A stretch of 63,986 nucleotides of DNA, filler included, from Chiloscyllium plagiosum (GCF_004010195.1; 4 parts of one record of this genome joined end to end with filler, not necessarily neighbours in it), one strand, 5' to 3'. Shown: positions 1 through 12,299, counted from the whole stretch's first letter. Notes: generated by a model not told the origin, from the letters alone. Program-made: numbers and translations.

Positions 1-297
1 TGGACACAGCCTTAGAATTGGAGGGGGTAAATTCAGAACAGAAATGCGGAGATATTTCTTCAGCTAGAGCGTGGTGGGCCTGTGGAATTCATTGCCACAG
101 AGTGCAGTGGAGGCTGGGACGCTAAATGTCTTCAAGGCAGAAATTAATAAATTCTTGATGTCACAAGGAATTAAGGGCTACGGGGAGAATGCGGGTAAGT
201 GGAGTTGAAATGCCCATCAGCTATGATTGAATGGCGAGTGGACTCGATGGGCCGAATGGCTTTACCTCCGCTCCTATATCTTCTGGTCTTCTGGTCT
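1..297 (+). mobile_element. CR1-type LINE 3' end
   Basis: Encodes the CR1 ORF2 C-terminal motif (GHSLRI...RRYFFS.SVVGLWNSLP) and ends in a short tandem tail, cttctggtcttctggtct. Confidence 0.85.
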
Positions 298-1340
298 CAT
301 CCTTCTGAACTCACATAATATTCCAAGTGTGGCCTAACTAAAGTTCTATAAAGTTGCACCATAACCTGCCTATCCTTATGCACAATGCCCCTTCCAATGA
401 GCGTAAGCATGCCATAGACCTTTTTTACTACCTTATCTACCTCTGCTGCCACCTTCAGTGATCTGTGGACCTACCCGGATCCCTCTGAATATCGATACTC
501 CTCAGGGTTCTGCCACTCACTGTATCATTTCCACATGTACTTGGAAATTTTAAAATGCATCACCTCACATTTGACAGATTAAACTCCATTTGCCATTTTT
601 CTGCACATGCCTCAAACTGATCTTTATCCTGTTGTATCTTCTGACAATCCTCCTCACGACCTGCAACTCTACTTATCTTTGTATCGTAGATCGCGAACAG
701 CAGAGGTCCCAGCACTGATCCCTGTGGAACACCACTTGTCCCTGCCCTACATTCCAAATAGCATCCTTCCACTTCTACACTCTGTCTCCTATGTCTAAGC
801 CAGCTGTGTGTCCATCTTGCCAGTTCATCCCGATATCATGTGAGCGTAAGTGTTTTTCACCTTTTGTACCTGTCTGCCATGAGGGACTTTGAAAGGCTTT
901 ACTGAAGTCTATGTAGACAACATCAACCACTTTGCTCTCATCAATCAACTTCGTCATCTCATCAAAAAACTCTATCAAGTTAGTGACACACGACTTCCCC
1001 CACACAAAACCATGCTGTTTAGAATCAATCAGTTCATTTGTTTCTAAATGCATATGGAACTTGCCCCTGAGAATCTTTTCCAATTATTTCCCTATGACCG
1101 ATGTGAGACTCACAGGCCAGTAATTTCCAGGATTATCCCTACTACCCCTTCTTAACCAACCGGACACCATTGGTATTCTCCAGTTCTCTTGGACCTCACC
1201 TGTGGCCAATGAGGAGACAAAGATGTCTGTCAATGCACCAGCAATTTCTTCTCTTGCCTCCCTCAATATTCTGAGATAGATCCTATCAGGACCCGGGGAC
1301 TTATCTACCTTAATACTTTTTCAGATGCACAACACCTCTT
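298..1340 (-). mobile_element. Decayed CR1 LINE reverse-transcriptase fragments
   Basis: Minus-strand ORFs carry SGVPQGSVLGPLLF, QHGFVWGKSCVTNLIEFF and VDVVYIDFSKAF; broken by frameshifts and deletions. Confidence 0.9.
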
Positions 1341-1364
1341 CCGGTATAAAAGCAACTTACAACG

Positions 1365-3640
1365 TAGAACATAAGAACTAGGTGCAGGAGAAGGCCATCT
1401 GGCTCCTCGAGATGGCTCCACCACACAATAAGATCGTAGCTGATCTTGTCATGGACTCAGATCCACTTACCCATGCCCTCACCGTATCCTTTAATTCTTC
1501 CATTTTGCTCCCCCTTATTTTGAGGCTATGTCCTCTTGTCCTAGTTTCACCCGCCAGTGTAAACATCCTCTCTACTTCTATCGTATCTAGTCCCTTCATA
1601 ATTTTACATGTTTCTATAAGATCCCTCCTCATTCTTCTAAATTCCAATGAATATAATCCCAGTCTACTCAGTCTCTCCTCATAAGCCAACCCTCTCAACT
1701 CCAGAGTCAACATAGTGAACCTCCTCTGCACCCTCTCCAGTGCCAGTACATCCTTTCTCAAGTATGGAGACCAAACTTAGCCTCACAAGCACAGCTGCAG
1801 CGTGACTTCCTTGCTTTTAAATCCCTTTAGTAATGAAGGACAAAATTCAATTTGACTTCCTGATTACTTCCTGTACCTGCAGACTAATCTTCTGGGTTTC
1901 ATGCACAAGGACACCTGGGTCCCTCTGCATAGCAGCATGTTGCAACTTTTTACCATTCCAGTAATAATCATTTTTTACTGTTACTCTAACCAACACACAG
2001 TATTCCATCTGCCAGACCTTTGCCCACTCACTCAATGTATCTATGTTCTTCTGCAAAGTTTCACAGTCTTCTGCACACTTTGCTCTGCCACTCATCTTAG
2101 CATCATCTGCAAACTTTGACACCCGACATGTGGTCCCAAACTCCAAATCATCTATGTAATTTGTAAATAATTGCGGTCCCAACATCATTCTCTGACGCAC
2201 ACAACTGGTAACTGATTACCAGTCGGAATAGCACTCATTTATCCCCACTCTTTGCTTCCTGTTAGTTAACCAATCCTCTATCCATGCTAATACTTTACCT
2301 GTCATACCATGCATCTTTATCTGACGCAATGGCATCTTGTGCAGCACCTTGACCAAGGCCTTTTGGAAATCTAGGTACACCAAATCCTCTGGGTCCCTGT
2401 TGTCCACCTTGCTCATAATGTCTTCATAGAATTCCAAAAGATTTGTTAAGGATGACCTGCCCTTCATGAACCTATGTTGCATCTGGCCAATGGGACAATT
2501 TCTGTCAAGATGCCTTGCTATTTCTTCCTTGATAATAGACTCAAGCATCTTCCCCATCTTTTGTCTATCTCCCTTCTTAAACAGTGGCATCACATTTGCT
2601 GTTTTCCAATCCGCTGGGATTGCCCCAGAGTCCAGTGAATTTTGGAAAATTACACCAGTGCACTTGCTATTTCTCCCGCCATCTCTTTTAGCATCCTGGG
2701 TTGCATTCAATCATGGCCAGGAGACTTATCTTGCCTTACCTACATTAACTTGACCAACATGACCTCTTCTGTAATAATGATTGTTTCCAGGTCCTCATCT
2801 ACCTTCGTCTCTTTGTCAATTACTGGCATGTTATTAGTGTCCTCCACTGTGAAGACACTGATACAAAATACCTGCTCAATGCCTCATCCATTTCATTATA
2901 TCCCATAACTAAATGCCTGTTCTCATCCTCTAAAGGACCACTCTTTTTCATTTTATATATTTATAGAAACGTTTTCTATCTGACTTTATATTCTGTGCTT
3001 ATTTTTCTTATATTCTATATTACTTTTCTTTATAGGTTTTTTTATGGCTTTCTGTTGACCTATAAAGTCTTCCCAATCTTTTTGTTTCATGCTGTTTTTG
3101 GCCACTTTGTATGCCATCCCTTTCAATTTGATAACTCATTTTATTTCCTTAGTCACCCATGGCAGATTACCCATCTTCTTACAGCCTTTTCTTTTCACTG
3201 GAAAAACTTTTACTGAGTTCTTTGAAAAATTGCTTTGAAGGTCCTCCACTGCTCGTCAACTGTCTCACCATAAAGCCTTTGTTTCCAGTCTACTTTAGCT
3301 AAGTCCTCCCTCATGCTATTGCAGTCTCCCTTGTTTAAGCACAGGATCCTGGTGTTGGATTTTGTCTTCACACTCTCCATCTGTATTCTAAATTCAACCA
3401 TACTGTGATTGCTCCTTCCAAGAATTCCCTAGCTACGAGGTCATTAATTATTCCTGTCTCATCACACAGAGCCATATCTAGGATAGCTTGCTCCCTTATC
3501 GGTTCCATTACATACTGTTGAAGAAAACTATTGCGGATACACTCAATGAAATCCTCCTCAGCTACCACGATCAAGCTAGTTTGACCAATCAACATACAGA
3601 TTAAAATCCCTCATGAAAATTGCCATCCCATTTTTATTTA
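1365..3640 (-). mobile_element. Decayed CR1 LINE ORF2 (endonuclease to RT to 3' tail)
   Basis: Motifs LQQYVMEPIREQAILD, YLDFQKAL, SKFADDAK and LERVQRRFT in collinear order; tail agaacataagaac at about 1366. Confidence 0.9.
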
Positions 3641-4330
3641 GCTTAGAAACTTGACACTCCCTTCTCTGAGATCATCCTCCACCAATTCCTTCTCTTTGGT
3701 GAATACCACACAAAGTGTTCATTTAGGACTTCACCTACCTCTTCTGGTTCCACACACAGATTCCCTTCTTTGTCCTTGAGTTGGCCAACCTTTTCCCTGG
3801 CTGCCATCTTGCTTATCAGATGTCTTTAAAAAGCCTGAGGATTCTCCTTAATCCTGCTTGCTAGTGACTGTTCATGACCCCTCTTAGTCTTTCTAATTCC
3901 TTGTTTAAGTTCTTTCTTACATTCCTTATACACTTCAAGGGCTTCATCAGTTCCCATCCTCCTAGACTTTGTGTATGCTTCCTTTGTCATTTTGTCCACG
4001 GTCACAACATCCTCAGTCATTGAAGGTTCACGTAACTTGTCACACTCGCCTGCATGTGCTGCTCCTGAACTCTTTTCAACTGCTTCATTAAAGATGCATC
4101 TGGATAAATGCATGAGTAGGTGGGGAGTAGAGGGATGCAGATGCTCAGGAATTGACCAACAGGTTTAGACAGTACATTTGGATCGGCACATCCTTGGAGG
4201 GCTGAAGGGCCTGTTCCTGGGCTGTAAATTTTCTTTGTTCTTTGTTCTTTGCTGTTTAAGATACTCCAACACATCTAATGAGGATTTAACCTCAGGTCAC
4301 CTCCAATCAAAATTCTCCAGTGAGATGTTA
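3641..4330. mobile_element. CR1 ORF2 fragment (-) with a nested CR1 3' end (+, about 4090-4250)
   Basis: Minus ORF KRGHEQSLASRIKENPQAF; plus-strand CR1 terminus ending tttgttctttgttct. Confidence 0.7.
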
Positions 4331-4431
4331 AAGATTTAGAGGAGGACATAAGGAGGGCACTGGGCAAAGCAGGTATTTGTTTTCAGGAAACATTAGTTAG
4401 CCATCACTTTCCCAATTAGGATCCTAAACTG

Positions 4432-4592
4432 TCACTGACCCCCACAGACTCCACTTCCTTCTCAAACCCTTCATCTCACTGACCCTCACAGACTCCACTT
4501 CCCTTTCAAACCCTTCATCTCACTGACCCTCACAGACTCCACTTCCCTCTCAAACCCTCCGTCTCACTGACGCTCCTAAACTCTGCTTCCAT
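4432..4592. repeat. 44-bp tandem repeat, about 3.5 copies
   Basis: Unit tcactgaccctcacagactccacttccctttcaaacccttcatc starts at 4432, 4476, 4520 and 4564 (the last is degenerate). Confidence 0.9.
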
Positions 4593-4856
4593 CTTGAATT
4601 CCCCTCTTGATGGTTCCTTCTCTGTTGCTGCTTCTCTCCCTGTGGAGACCTCACTCCTGCCATTCCATCCATTCCTCGCCTCTCCCACTTATCTCCCATT
4701 TTAAAACAATTCAATCACCCTTGATCTTATTGAATAGTGGGGTATGTTGAAGGGCTGAATGGTCTCCATTTTGTGGACTTTATTTGAACATGTCAAATCT
4801 TTGTTGTTCATAATCAGGGCAGTTGTAGATTCATGAATGGTCAATTAAGTTCACAC

Positions 4857-4894
4857 AGACTCACGTGAAACTGAAAGCATAACATTTCCAGTAA
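4857..4894 (-). promoter_or_regulatory. ISRE (GAAACTGAAAG, 4867-4877) with E-box CACGTG and GAS-like TTCCAGTAA (4886-4894); possible proximal part of the inverted promoter copy
   Basis: cagactcacgtgaaactgaaa closely matches the reverse complement of the ISRE region of the + promoters (cagactctgtgaaactgaaa). Confidence 0.45.
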
Positions 4895-5029
4895 ATGAAG
4901 TCTTTTCAAATTATTCTACTTACTTTGAACCGGCAGAGGAAGGAAAGGGTAGCCTGTGATAACAGATATCAAATATGATTGGCAATGAGAGATGAAGAAA
5001 ATTGTAAACAAATCTTCAACTCGAATTAG

Positions 5030-5730
5030 AGTTATGGAGTCAGAGTCAAACAGCACTGAAACAGACCCTTCGGTCCATCTCATCCATGATGACCAATTTT
5101 TCCAATGTAAACTAATCACATTTGCCTGCGTCCATTTCCCTCTTAATCTTCCCTATTCATGTCGCTGTTCAAATGTTTTTTAAATGCTGTATGTGTACCT
5201 GCACCAAAGACTTCATCTGGGAGTTTATTCCACATGTAAACCCCCTCTCTATGTGAACAAGTTGTCCCTCAGATCTCTTTTAAATCCTGCTCATCTCGCC
5301 TTAAAAAATGCCCCCTCGGTTTGAACTCCCCCATTCTTTTGTTATTCACCTTGTCAATGCCCCTCAGGACTGTATAAATCTCTCTAAGGTCATCCTCAAC
5401 CTCCTTCACTCCAGGGAAAAAAAATGTCCCGGCCTATACAGACTCTCCCTGTAACTCAAATCCTCCTGACCTTCCAATATCTTTTCTGAAGCATCTGCTA
5501 TTTAATAATATCCTTCCTATAGCAGGGCAACCAGAACGGTTAATTTGTCTAAAAGTGGCCTCACCAACACCCTGTATGACCTCACCATGAGGTCCCACTC
5601 TTATACTCAATGGTCTGAGGATTGAAAGCAAGCATGCTAAACACCTGCTTAAACACCCTGTCTCCCTGTAATGCAACGAACAACGAACTATGTACCTGAA
5701 ACCCTCGGCCTCTCTGTTCAACATCCCTGG
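5030..5730 (-). mobile_element. CR1 LINE 3' fragment
   Basis: Typical CR1 3' region on the minus strand, ending at a gagtcagagtc-type tail near 5030-5050. Confidence 0.8.
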
Positions 5731-6239
5731 AACATCCACCAAGGATATGAATAGAAGCACGCTTTTCCTCAAAAATTGACAAATAACTTCGTTAGACACT
5801 GAAGGAAGATGCAATGACAAACCCTGGCAGTTCAATATCGCTTGTGTGAGACTGTCCTGACTGAAAGAGAATGCTGATCCCCAGGTGTCACTGGAGCCAC
5901 AGTGAGAAATTGAATCCCCAGTAACAGGGTGCTGGAGAGTTAGCAGATCATAAAAAATTAGATTTTTGGGTTTCAACTGCGACAAGGATTTCTGCAGTTA
6001 CAGTACTCAGTGAAGATTGGGTTTCCATGAGTACAAACAGTAGGACTGCAATTAATATCATTCAGATACTTTTTAATTCATTCATGGAGAGGCTGCTTTA
6101 TGGGTTTCTCCATCATTTCTCTCCAATCTTTAGCTGCTTTTGAGACTCATAGAATCATAGAATTATACAGTACATAGTTTTGATGAGTGATGGAACTACA
6201 TTACCTGAGAAGTTAGCGTTACTTCACCAGTGTGTGGCC

Positions 6240-6785
6240 TCGACTGTATTTGCTGGCAATGAAGATTGTCCAGTGTATGAAACTGTTGAAACTTTATTGC
6301 TGGAACAGCACAGCAGGTTTGGAACTACCTTCCAAACCTGCTGTGCTGTTCCAGCAATAAAGTTTCAACTTTGATCTCCAGCATCTGCAGACCTCACTTT
6401 CTCCTCCAGTGTATGAAACTGGCCAATCAAGTTGCTCTTTACTGCCACGTAGGGCTGAAGTGGTGTGTTGCTACGACATAGTTATCCTGACCCAGCTGAC
6501 TCCTCAGAAATTGCAGGTGAAATTGACAATGCCAATTGAAAATTCCCCTAACTGTGACATTGTTTGAACAAACCTCTTACAGATTGAGATTTCAAATGGT
6601 TGCTATGTGTTTATGTTTAATTGTTACCTGGAAGAGGTTAGAGAATTCTAACACCAGAATAAAGACAAAATCAAAGACACCCCACAACAATCCACCCACC
6701 CTGTGACCCAACTACCTTCCAAACCTGACACACTGTACCCCTTAGACTCACCCACATTCCGAACTGATTCCCTTCCCAGACCTGA
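6240..6785 (-). promoter_or_regulatory. Inverted, diverged third copy of the NF-kB enhancer/promoter module
   Basis: 6484-6549 (atcctgacccagctgactcctcagaaattgcaggtgaaattgacaatgccaattgaaaattcccct) aligns to the reverse complement of 13016-13080. Collinear matches continue to about 6785 (gttacctgga, tctaacaccaga, gacacactgtacc). kB site GGGGAATTTTC on minus at 6538-6548. Confidence 0.75.
6286..6404. mobile_element. Short palindromic Penelope-derived insertion with 17-bp TSD
   Basis: TSD tccagtgtatgaaactg at 6269-6285 and 6405-6421; perfect 40-bp inverted arms 6285-6324 and 6330-6369; family tail ctccagcatctgcagacctcactttctcc. Confidence 0.85.
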
Positions 6786-7870
6786 TGTGGATGTGCCGGT
6801 GTTGGACTGGGATGGACAAGGTCAGAACAGGTTACAGTCCAACAGGTTTATTTGAAATCAGAGTTGCCCCTTCATCAGGAGAAGTAAGAGTGAAGCCACG
6901 CAGCCACAGAAATTATGGGCAGAGACATCAAAAGATCATACAAAGTGCAGTGTCCACAGGCTGAACAACAGGTTCCTGCAGGTGATCGAGATTGTCAGAT
7001 GATGTGAGTAAAGTGTCAGCAGCTGAATAACACGAGCAGGGGTGATCTATCATCTGATTAAATGAGGCAATGAGATCATAAGATTGGATTCCCTACAGTG
7101 TGGAAACAGGCCCTTTGACCCAACAAGTCCACACCGACCCTCCGAAGAGTAACCCACTCAGACCCATTTCCCTCTGACTAACGCACCTAACACTATGGGC
7201 AATTTAGCATGGCCAATTGACCTGACTTGCACATCTTTGGACTGTGAGAGGAAACCAGAGCAAACCCACACAGACACAGGGAGAATGTGCAAACTCCACA
7301 CAGACAGTTGCCTGAGGTGGGAATTGAACCCGGGCCCCTGGCGCTGTGAGGCAGCAGTGCTAACCACTATGCCACCATTCCACTCTTGCTAAACACTAAA
7401 TGTAAGATGGTGGTGGAGACAAACCAAATGACTGGAATAACATGATAAGTATAAGAGTTGCATGCCTGGCATCTTACTAAAGTAATAAGTAATCTAAAAC
7501 TGTACAAACTAATTAAAGTATAGAGACCAAAACCATTTATCAAGTTGATGGGTCTAAACAGGACAGGAAGAAAGGTTTTACAGACACAGAACAGTGTGGT
7601 GGGGTCACAAGGAACGCGACATGAACCTATGTTCACAGTTGAGGCCATCTTCATGGGTAGGGAACTTGGCTCTCAGTTTCTGCTCAGCGATTTCTGTGTT
7701 GTGTATCTCGACGGCCACCTTGGACGATGCTTACTTGAAGATCGGAGGCTGAAATTCCTTGACCCCCTCAGTGTTCCCCAACTGGAATGGAACATCCTTA
7801 TCTGTCAATTGTTGTACAGCATCCATTCATCTGTTCATCAACATAGATCTATGTTTGTCTACGGTCAACA
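6786..7870 (-). mobile_element. Penelope-like element 3' remnant (GIY-YIG endonuclease C-terminus), interrupted by a SINE
   Basis: Minus translation of about 7860-7620 gives QMNG...IPVGEH.GGQGISASDLQVSIVQGG...AEQKLRAKFPTHEDGLN, typical of PLE GIY-YIG ends; cctgatgaagg core on minus near 6869-6879. Confidence 0.75.
7085..7376 (-). mobile_element. HE1/V-SINE-type tRNA-derived SINE
   Basis: Minus strand reads gtggttagcactgctgcctcacagcgccagg...ggttcaattccc (Pol III A/B boxes), V-domain ggagtttgcacattctccc, and a CR1-like tail. Confidence 0.9.
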
Positions 7871-8030
7871 GAACCATAACTAAACCACAGGGCAGAGTTT
7901 TCTCCTCTCCTGGTGAGAACCCACAGAAAATAAACATGAATGAAAAACAATCAGAGGCTTCACCTCAAAAGACTATTTCCTGAGTTTCCTTTAAGTTTGA
8001 AATGACAACTTTAGGACCTCGTTACTGAGC

Positions 8031-8224
8031 GGGAACTTTCATGAGGTTCCACTGAAGTATTCACCCAAACCATCTCATTTCTACCCCACTTCCAATTCTC
8101 TTTGCCTTTTCCCAAGAAACTAGATGATGCAAGGCATGAAGCAAAGACCAGGTACATGACCAGGATCATCCTGCATTTTCAGAGTCTATGATTCACTCAC
8201 AAGAACACAACATTGAAATTTCCC
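8031..8224. promoter_or_regulatory. Candidate immune enhancer: kB-like GGGAACTTTC (8031-8040), STAT6-type TTCCCAAGAA (8109-8118), kB GGGAAATTTC on minus (8215-8224)
   Basis: Motif matches in apparently non-repetitive sequence between the divergent promoter modules; motif evidence only. Confidence 0.35.
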
Positions 8225-8499
8225 TCCTTCAAATCAGCGTCAACTGTGCAATTATAACATAAAATGGCTGCCACTGCACATAGAGCAACGACAGCGTAAG
8301 TTACTGCTCTTTTCTTCGGGGCAGAGTAATAGTGCATAGTATCCAGGGATGTGTGGGTTCGGTGAATCGACCATGGGAAATGCAGGGTTATGAGGTTGTG
8401 GAATTGGGATGGTAGGTGTCAACAGTGGACAATCTTTAAGGAGTTTTCTGGGGTTCCTGTGTTTGGTTATTCCCCCCTATCGGTGTCTGCTGACACCAT

Positions 8500-9840
8500 A
8501 ACCCTTCGACCCATTACTAATTCAAAATCATTTCCTTACTTTTACTCACTGTCCCAGCATCCACCGCACTCTGGCCTAGTGAATTCCACAGATTCATGAT
8601 CTTTTGTGAGAAAATATTTCACCTTATTCTTTTTTAATCTGTTACTCCTCATTCTAAGCTATGTCCTATTGTTCTCGATTTCCCCATGTGAGGAAATATC
8701 CTCTCTACGACTACTTTGTCAATCCCTTTCAGTATGTTATATCCCACAATTAGAACCCCAGAGTGTGTTGGTCTAAACTATTCAATCTCCCTTCATAAGG
8801 CAAACCTTTCAACTCTGGAATCAATCAAATGAACTGAGGTCGGAGCAGGAAGGAGAGCGAGTATGGGCGTGGTCCCGGAGTGAGTCACAGCTGGACCGAT
8901 AAGTGGAGTAGACAAATTCAGGACCAATGGGGTGTGAGGGCGTGTCCTGAATGGAGACCAGTGCATGGAGGCCATGAGGCCTGGCGTTCTGAATCCGGGG
9001 GACATGGACTCAGTGGAGGAAGACTCCAACCTCATTCTGGTCTTCTTAAACCCTATATTCCATATTTGTCTATTTTTCTATAATTTCGATTTTATAACAA
9101 CTTTTAAAGTATCTGACCTGAGACGGTGCCAAGAGTCAACTTTATAAACGTTTCACTGCACTCATTCCAGTGCATGTGACAATAAAGGCTGATGCTAATT
9201 CCAATAAATGCTATTTCTCTGAGCTATCTCTAAAACACCTACATCCCTCTTCAAGTAACAGGACTGAAATTGATATAATACTCCAGGTGCGGTCTCACTA
9301 ATGCCTTGTACAGGTGCAGCAACGTTCTTCAGTTCTATTCCCTCAGCGATAATTGCTAAAATTCTATTTGCTTTTCTTATTACCTCTGTTCCTGCACACT
9401 GGTTTTCTGCGATCCACGTACAAAGACACACAGATCCCACTGCACTGAAATACACTGAGGGTTCTCCACATTCAGGTCATAAGGAACCTTTCTAACCCTC
9501 TCTTCAAATATGATAAGTTCTCACCTATTCATGTTAAACATCATCTGCCAAATGTTGGCCCACTCACCTAACCTGATCACACCTATTGGTAAATTTTATA
9601 TATCTTCATTGCAAATTGCTTTCCAGCCTATTTTAGTGCCATGCGGAAATGTGGCTATAGTACTTTCAACTCTGCATCCAAGTCATTATTATAGATTGTA
9701 CCTAACTCAGGCATAAGGACTGAACCCTGTGGAACCCCATAAGGTACATCTTACCATCCGGACCAAGACCCATTTAGGGTGATTCTCAGCTCCCTGTTGG
9801 CTGTTTACCCAGGTGAATACATTAGCTGACCACATGTGAC
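8500..9840 (-). mobile_element. Decayed CR1 fragment with a plus-strand retroposon (about 8840-9192) inserted
   Basis: CR1 3'/RT remnants on minus; the insert ends ttcactgcactcattccagtgcatgtgacaataaa, a LINE-type tail with poly(A) signal. Confidence 0.6.
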
Positions 9841-9995
9841 CTTACCACTAAGGCTGAGTATTTATGGCTACATTGATGGAGAGCAGGCCTGTGCACATAC
9901 CAGCGTTATGATTGAGGCTGGAAAGATACACTGACCTCTTTGCATGACACACTTCTCTGATGTCCAGTAACATGGCAGCTAAATGGGTGAATGTT

Positions 9996-10000
<5 letters not shown>

Positions 10001-10046
<46 letters not shown>
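10001..10046. repeat. (GT)n microsatellite
   Basis: About 23 perfect GT units. Confidence 0.98.
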
Positions 10047-10048
<2 letters not shown>

Positions 10049-10382
10049 TGGGCCAGGTCAGGGCTTGGTGGAGAGTCAGGCAGAAGGGAGACTTGGTCTG
10101 CAAGGTGTGAGTCTCAAGACTCATGGTGAAAAGGGTATCAGATTGAGAGAGGTCAGTGCAATGTCAGGGTGGGGTAATGGGGGCTAGTAGGTATGGGTCA
10201 CAGAGGTGCAGTGTGTTACCTCTGCCAGGGAGCTGAATGGCAGGGGTTGGTGGGTTGGAACAGGGCTCTTCGACTGTGTGATCACTCTGGCGTTAGAGTG
10301 GATATTTAATCCTCTCACTTTCTCCAGGTAACTGTTAAACTATTAAACATCTGAAATCTACAACTTTAAGCAGCTTGTCCTC

Positions 10383-10773
10383 GGGATTCTATGCGCCGAG
10401 GAATTCCCGATTGGAATCTTCAATTTCTCTGACAATTCCAAAGGAGTCAGCTGTGTCAGGATTTGGGTGCAGTCCCACTGCGGCCGACATTACTGCAAAG
10501 ACCAATGGGGTTGCCTGGACAGTATCCTGGATATACATTCATTGCCAACTAAAACAATCTAAGTCATGCACTGTCCAGACAATAAAGTCCTCTTGAGAAC
10601 TGTGGTTACACCGCCCTTTCAAATGCTAACTCTTCCTGACATCTGAAAGTGGTGTATTGTGAAACTTTATAGACTGCATCTTGATTTGGCAACTTATTCT
10701 GTTTTTTATGCTTTCCTTACAAACCTGGGGTTTCGGTTTCACAGAGTCTGCGAGTATATAAATGGGATTCTCC
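10383..10773 (+). promoter_or_regulatory. Immune-type Pol II promoter, copy 1: kB cluster (GGAATTCCC 10400-10408), ISRE GTTTCGGTTTC (10730-10740), TATATAAA (10755-10762)
   Basis: The ISRE reads GAAACCGAAAC on minus (IRF/ISGF3 consensus) 15 bp upstream of a canonical TATA box. The motifs are conserved in copy 2. Confidence 0.7.
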
Positions 10774-10784
10774 ATTCCTTTGTT

Positions 10785-10849
10785 ACAGAGAAGCCTGCTC
10801 TTGATCAAGCGCAGCTGACCCTGAATCCATCATTATTGTCTCAGAGCCG
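10785..10849 (+). other. Putative non-coding first exon, copy 1 (start inferred from TATA position)
   Basis: Ends in the consensus donor CCG|GTAAGT at 10849/10850; no ATG downstream of the inferred start site. Confidence 0.6.
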
Positions 10850-11624
10850 GTAAGTACAAGTTATCAGTGGGGAAAGGATACAAGTAGTTTGTGCTTATCA
10901 TCTGGCTCTAAAACATCATTCAATTCCAATTAACAGTGAGTTGAAATGAATTGAAGAAAGAAAAATCATAACTTTAGTGCAATGAATATTTATAGTCATC
11001 TTTAAAATGTTATTGAAGTTGCAGCCATTCACCCCAATTCCTCTGGTTTCATTAATCTGACATTTTATTCTCTGCATGTTTATCATTAAACAACTACTCA
11101 GTTTAATATTTTGACTTTAACTGCGTTATTCAAATGCAACTGCATTGATCAAAACATTGAGGATAGGAGTTGGGACATCATGTTGTGGCCGTGCATGGGA
11201 TAGTGAGACCTCTTTTGGAATACTGCATCAATGCTGATTGCCTATCCAGAGGAAAGATGCTGTTAAACTCGATAGGGTGCACAAAAGATTTAACAAGGAC
11301 ATTGCCTGGACAAGAGGATTTGAGCTGTAGGGAGAGGCTGAACAGCTGGGGCTATTTTCTCTAAGGTGTTAGAGGCTGAGGGGTGGCCTTCTGGAGGTTT
11401 ATAAAATCATGAGGGGCATGGATAGGATAAATAGACAAGGTCTTTTCCCTGGGATGGGGGAGTCCAGAACTAGAGGGCATAGGTTTAAGGTGAGAAGGGA
11501 AAGGGACCTAAGAGGCAACTTATTCATGCAGAGGGTGGTGCATGTTTGGAATGAGCTGCCAGAGGAAACGTTGGAGGCTGGTACAATTACAGCATTTAAA
11601 AGGCATCTGCGTGGATGAATGCAT

Positions 11625-12015
11625 CAATGCCCCTCATGATTTTATAAACCTCTCACCTCTCGGTCTCCGACTCCCCAGGGAAAACAGCCCCAGCCTGTTC
11701 AGCCTCTCCCTGTAGCTCAAACCCTCCAACCCTGGCAATATCCTTGTAAATCTTTTCTGAACCCTTTCAAGGTTCACAACATCCTTCTTATAAGAGAGAT
11801 TCCAGAATTGTACGCAATGCTTCAATTGGAGCCCAACCAATATCCTGTACGGCCACAGCATGACCTCCCAACACCTGTCAGAGATGTACAGCATGGCACA
11901 GACCCTTCAGTCCAACCCGTCCATGCCAACCAGATTATCCTAAATTAATCATGCCGACCAGATAACCTAAATTAATCTATTCTCTTTTGCCAGCACTTGG
12001 CATTTAGCTCTATAA
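11625..12015 (-). mobile_element. CR1 3' fragments, inverted relative to the adjacent plus-strand CR1
   Basis: Minus [41 protein letters not shown]. Confidence 0.85.
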
Positions 12016-12247
12016 GGCAAAAGTGAGGACTGCTAATGCTGGAAACCAGAGTTTAGAGCAGAGTGGTGCTGGAAAAGCACAGCAAGTCAGCAGCATCCGA
12101 GGAGCGGGAAAATCGACGATTCGGGCAAAAGCCCTTCATCAGGCATAGCTATTCCTGATGAAGGGTTTTCGCCCGTAATGTTGATTTCCCTGCTTCTCGG
12201 ATGCTGCCTGACCTGCTGTGCTTTTCCAGCACCACACTGATCTAAAC
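12016..12247. mobile_element. Palindromic Penelope-derived element with 12-bp TSD and two hammerhead-like cores
   Basis: TSD ttagctctataa at 12004-12015 and 12248-12259; inverted arms centred on about 12147, each with ctgatgaaggg...gcccg. Confidence 0.85.
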
Positions 12248-12299
12248 TTAGCTCTATAAACCCATGTGAGAGATTACTGTGCCCCAAGTATCACAAGAG

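Larger units (their letters stand above)
10075..11620 (+). repeat. Tandem segmental duplication, copy 1 (promoter module plus CR1 3' fragment)
   Basis: Collinear high similarity to about 12655-14130, including the same junction into CR1 (ttcaaatgcaactgcattgatcaaaacattgag vs ttcaaatgtaacttcgttggtcagaacattgag). Confidence 0.92.

Noticed and set aside
5434..5985. 183-aa minus-strand ORF
   Set aside because: More than half is out-of-frame CR1 sequence, it lacks an ATG start and it has no recognisable domain.
10329..10849. 521-bp coding exon between ctttctccag and gtaagt, and the ORFs at 10375-10596 and 12980-13247
   Set aside because: All three frames stop early and the two copies differ by frameshifting indels; conservation centres on transcription-factor motifs instead.
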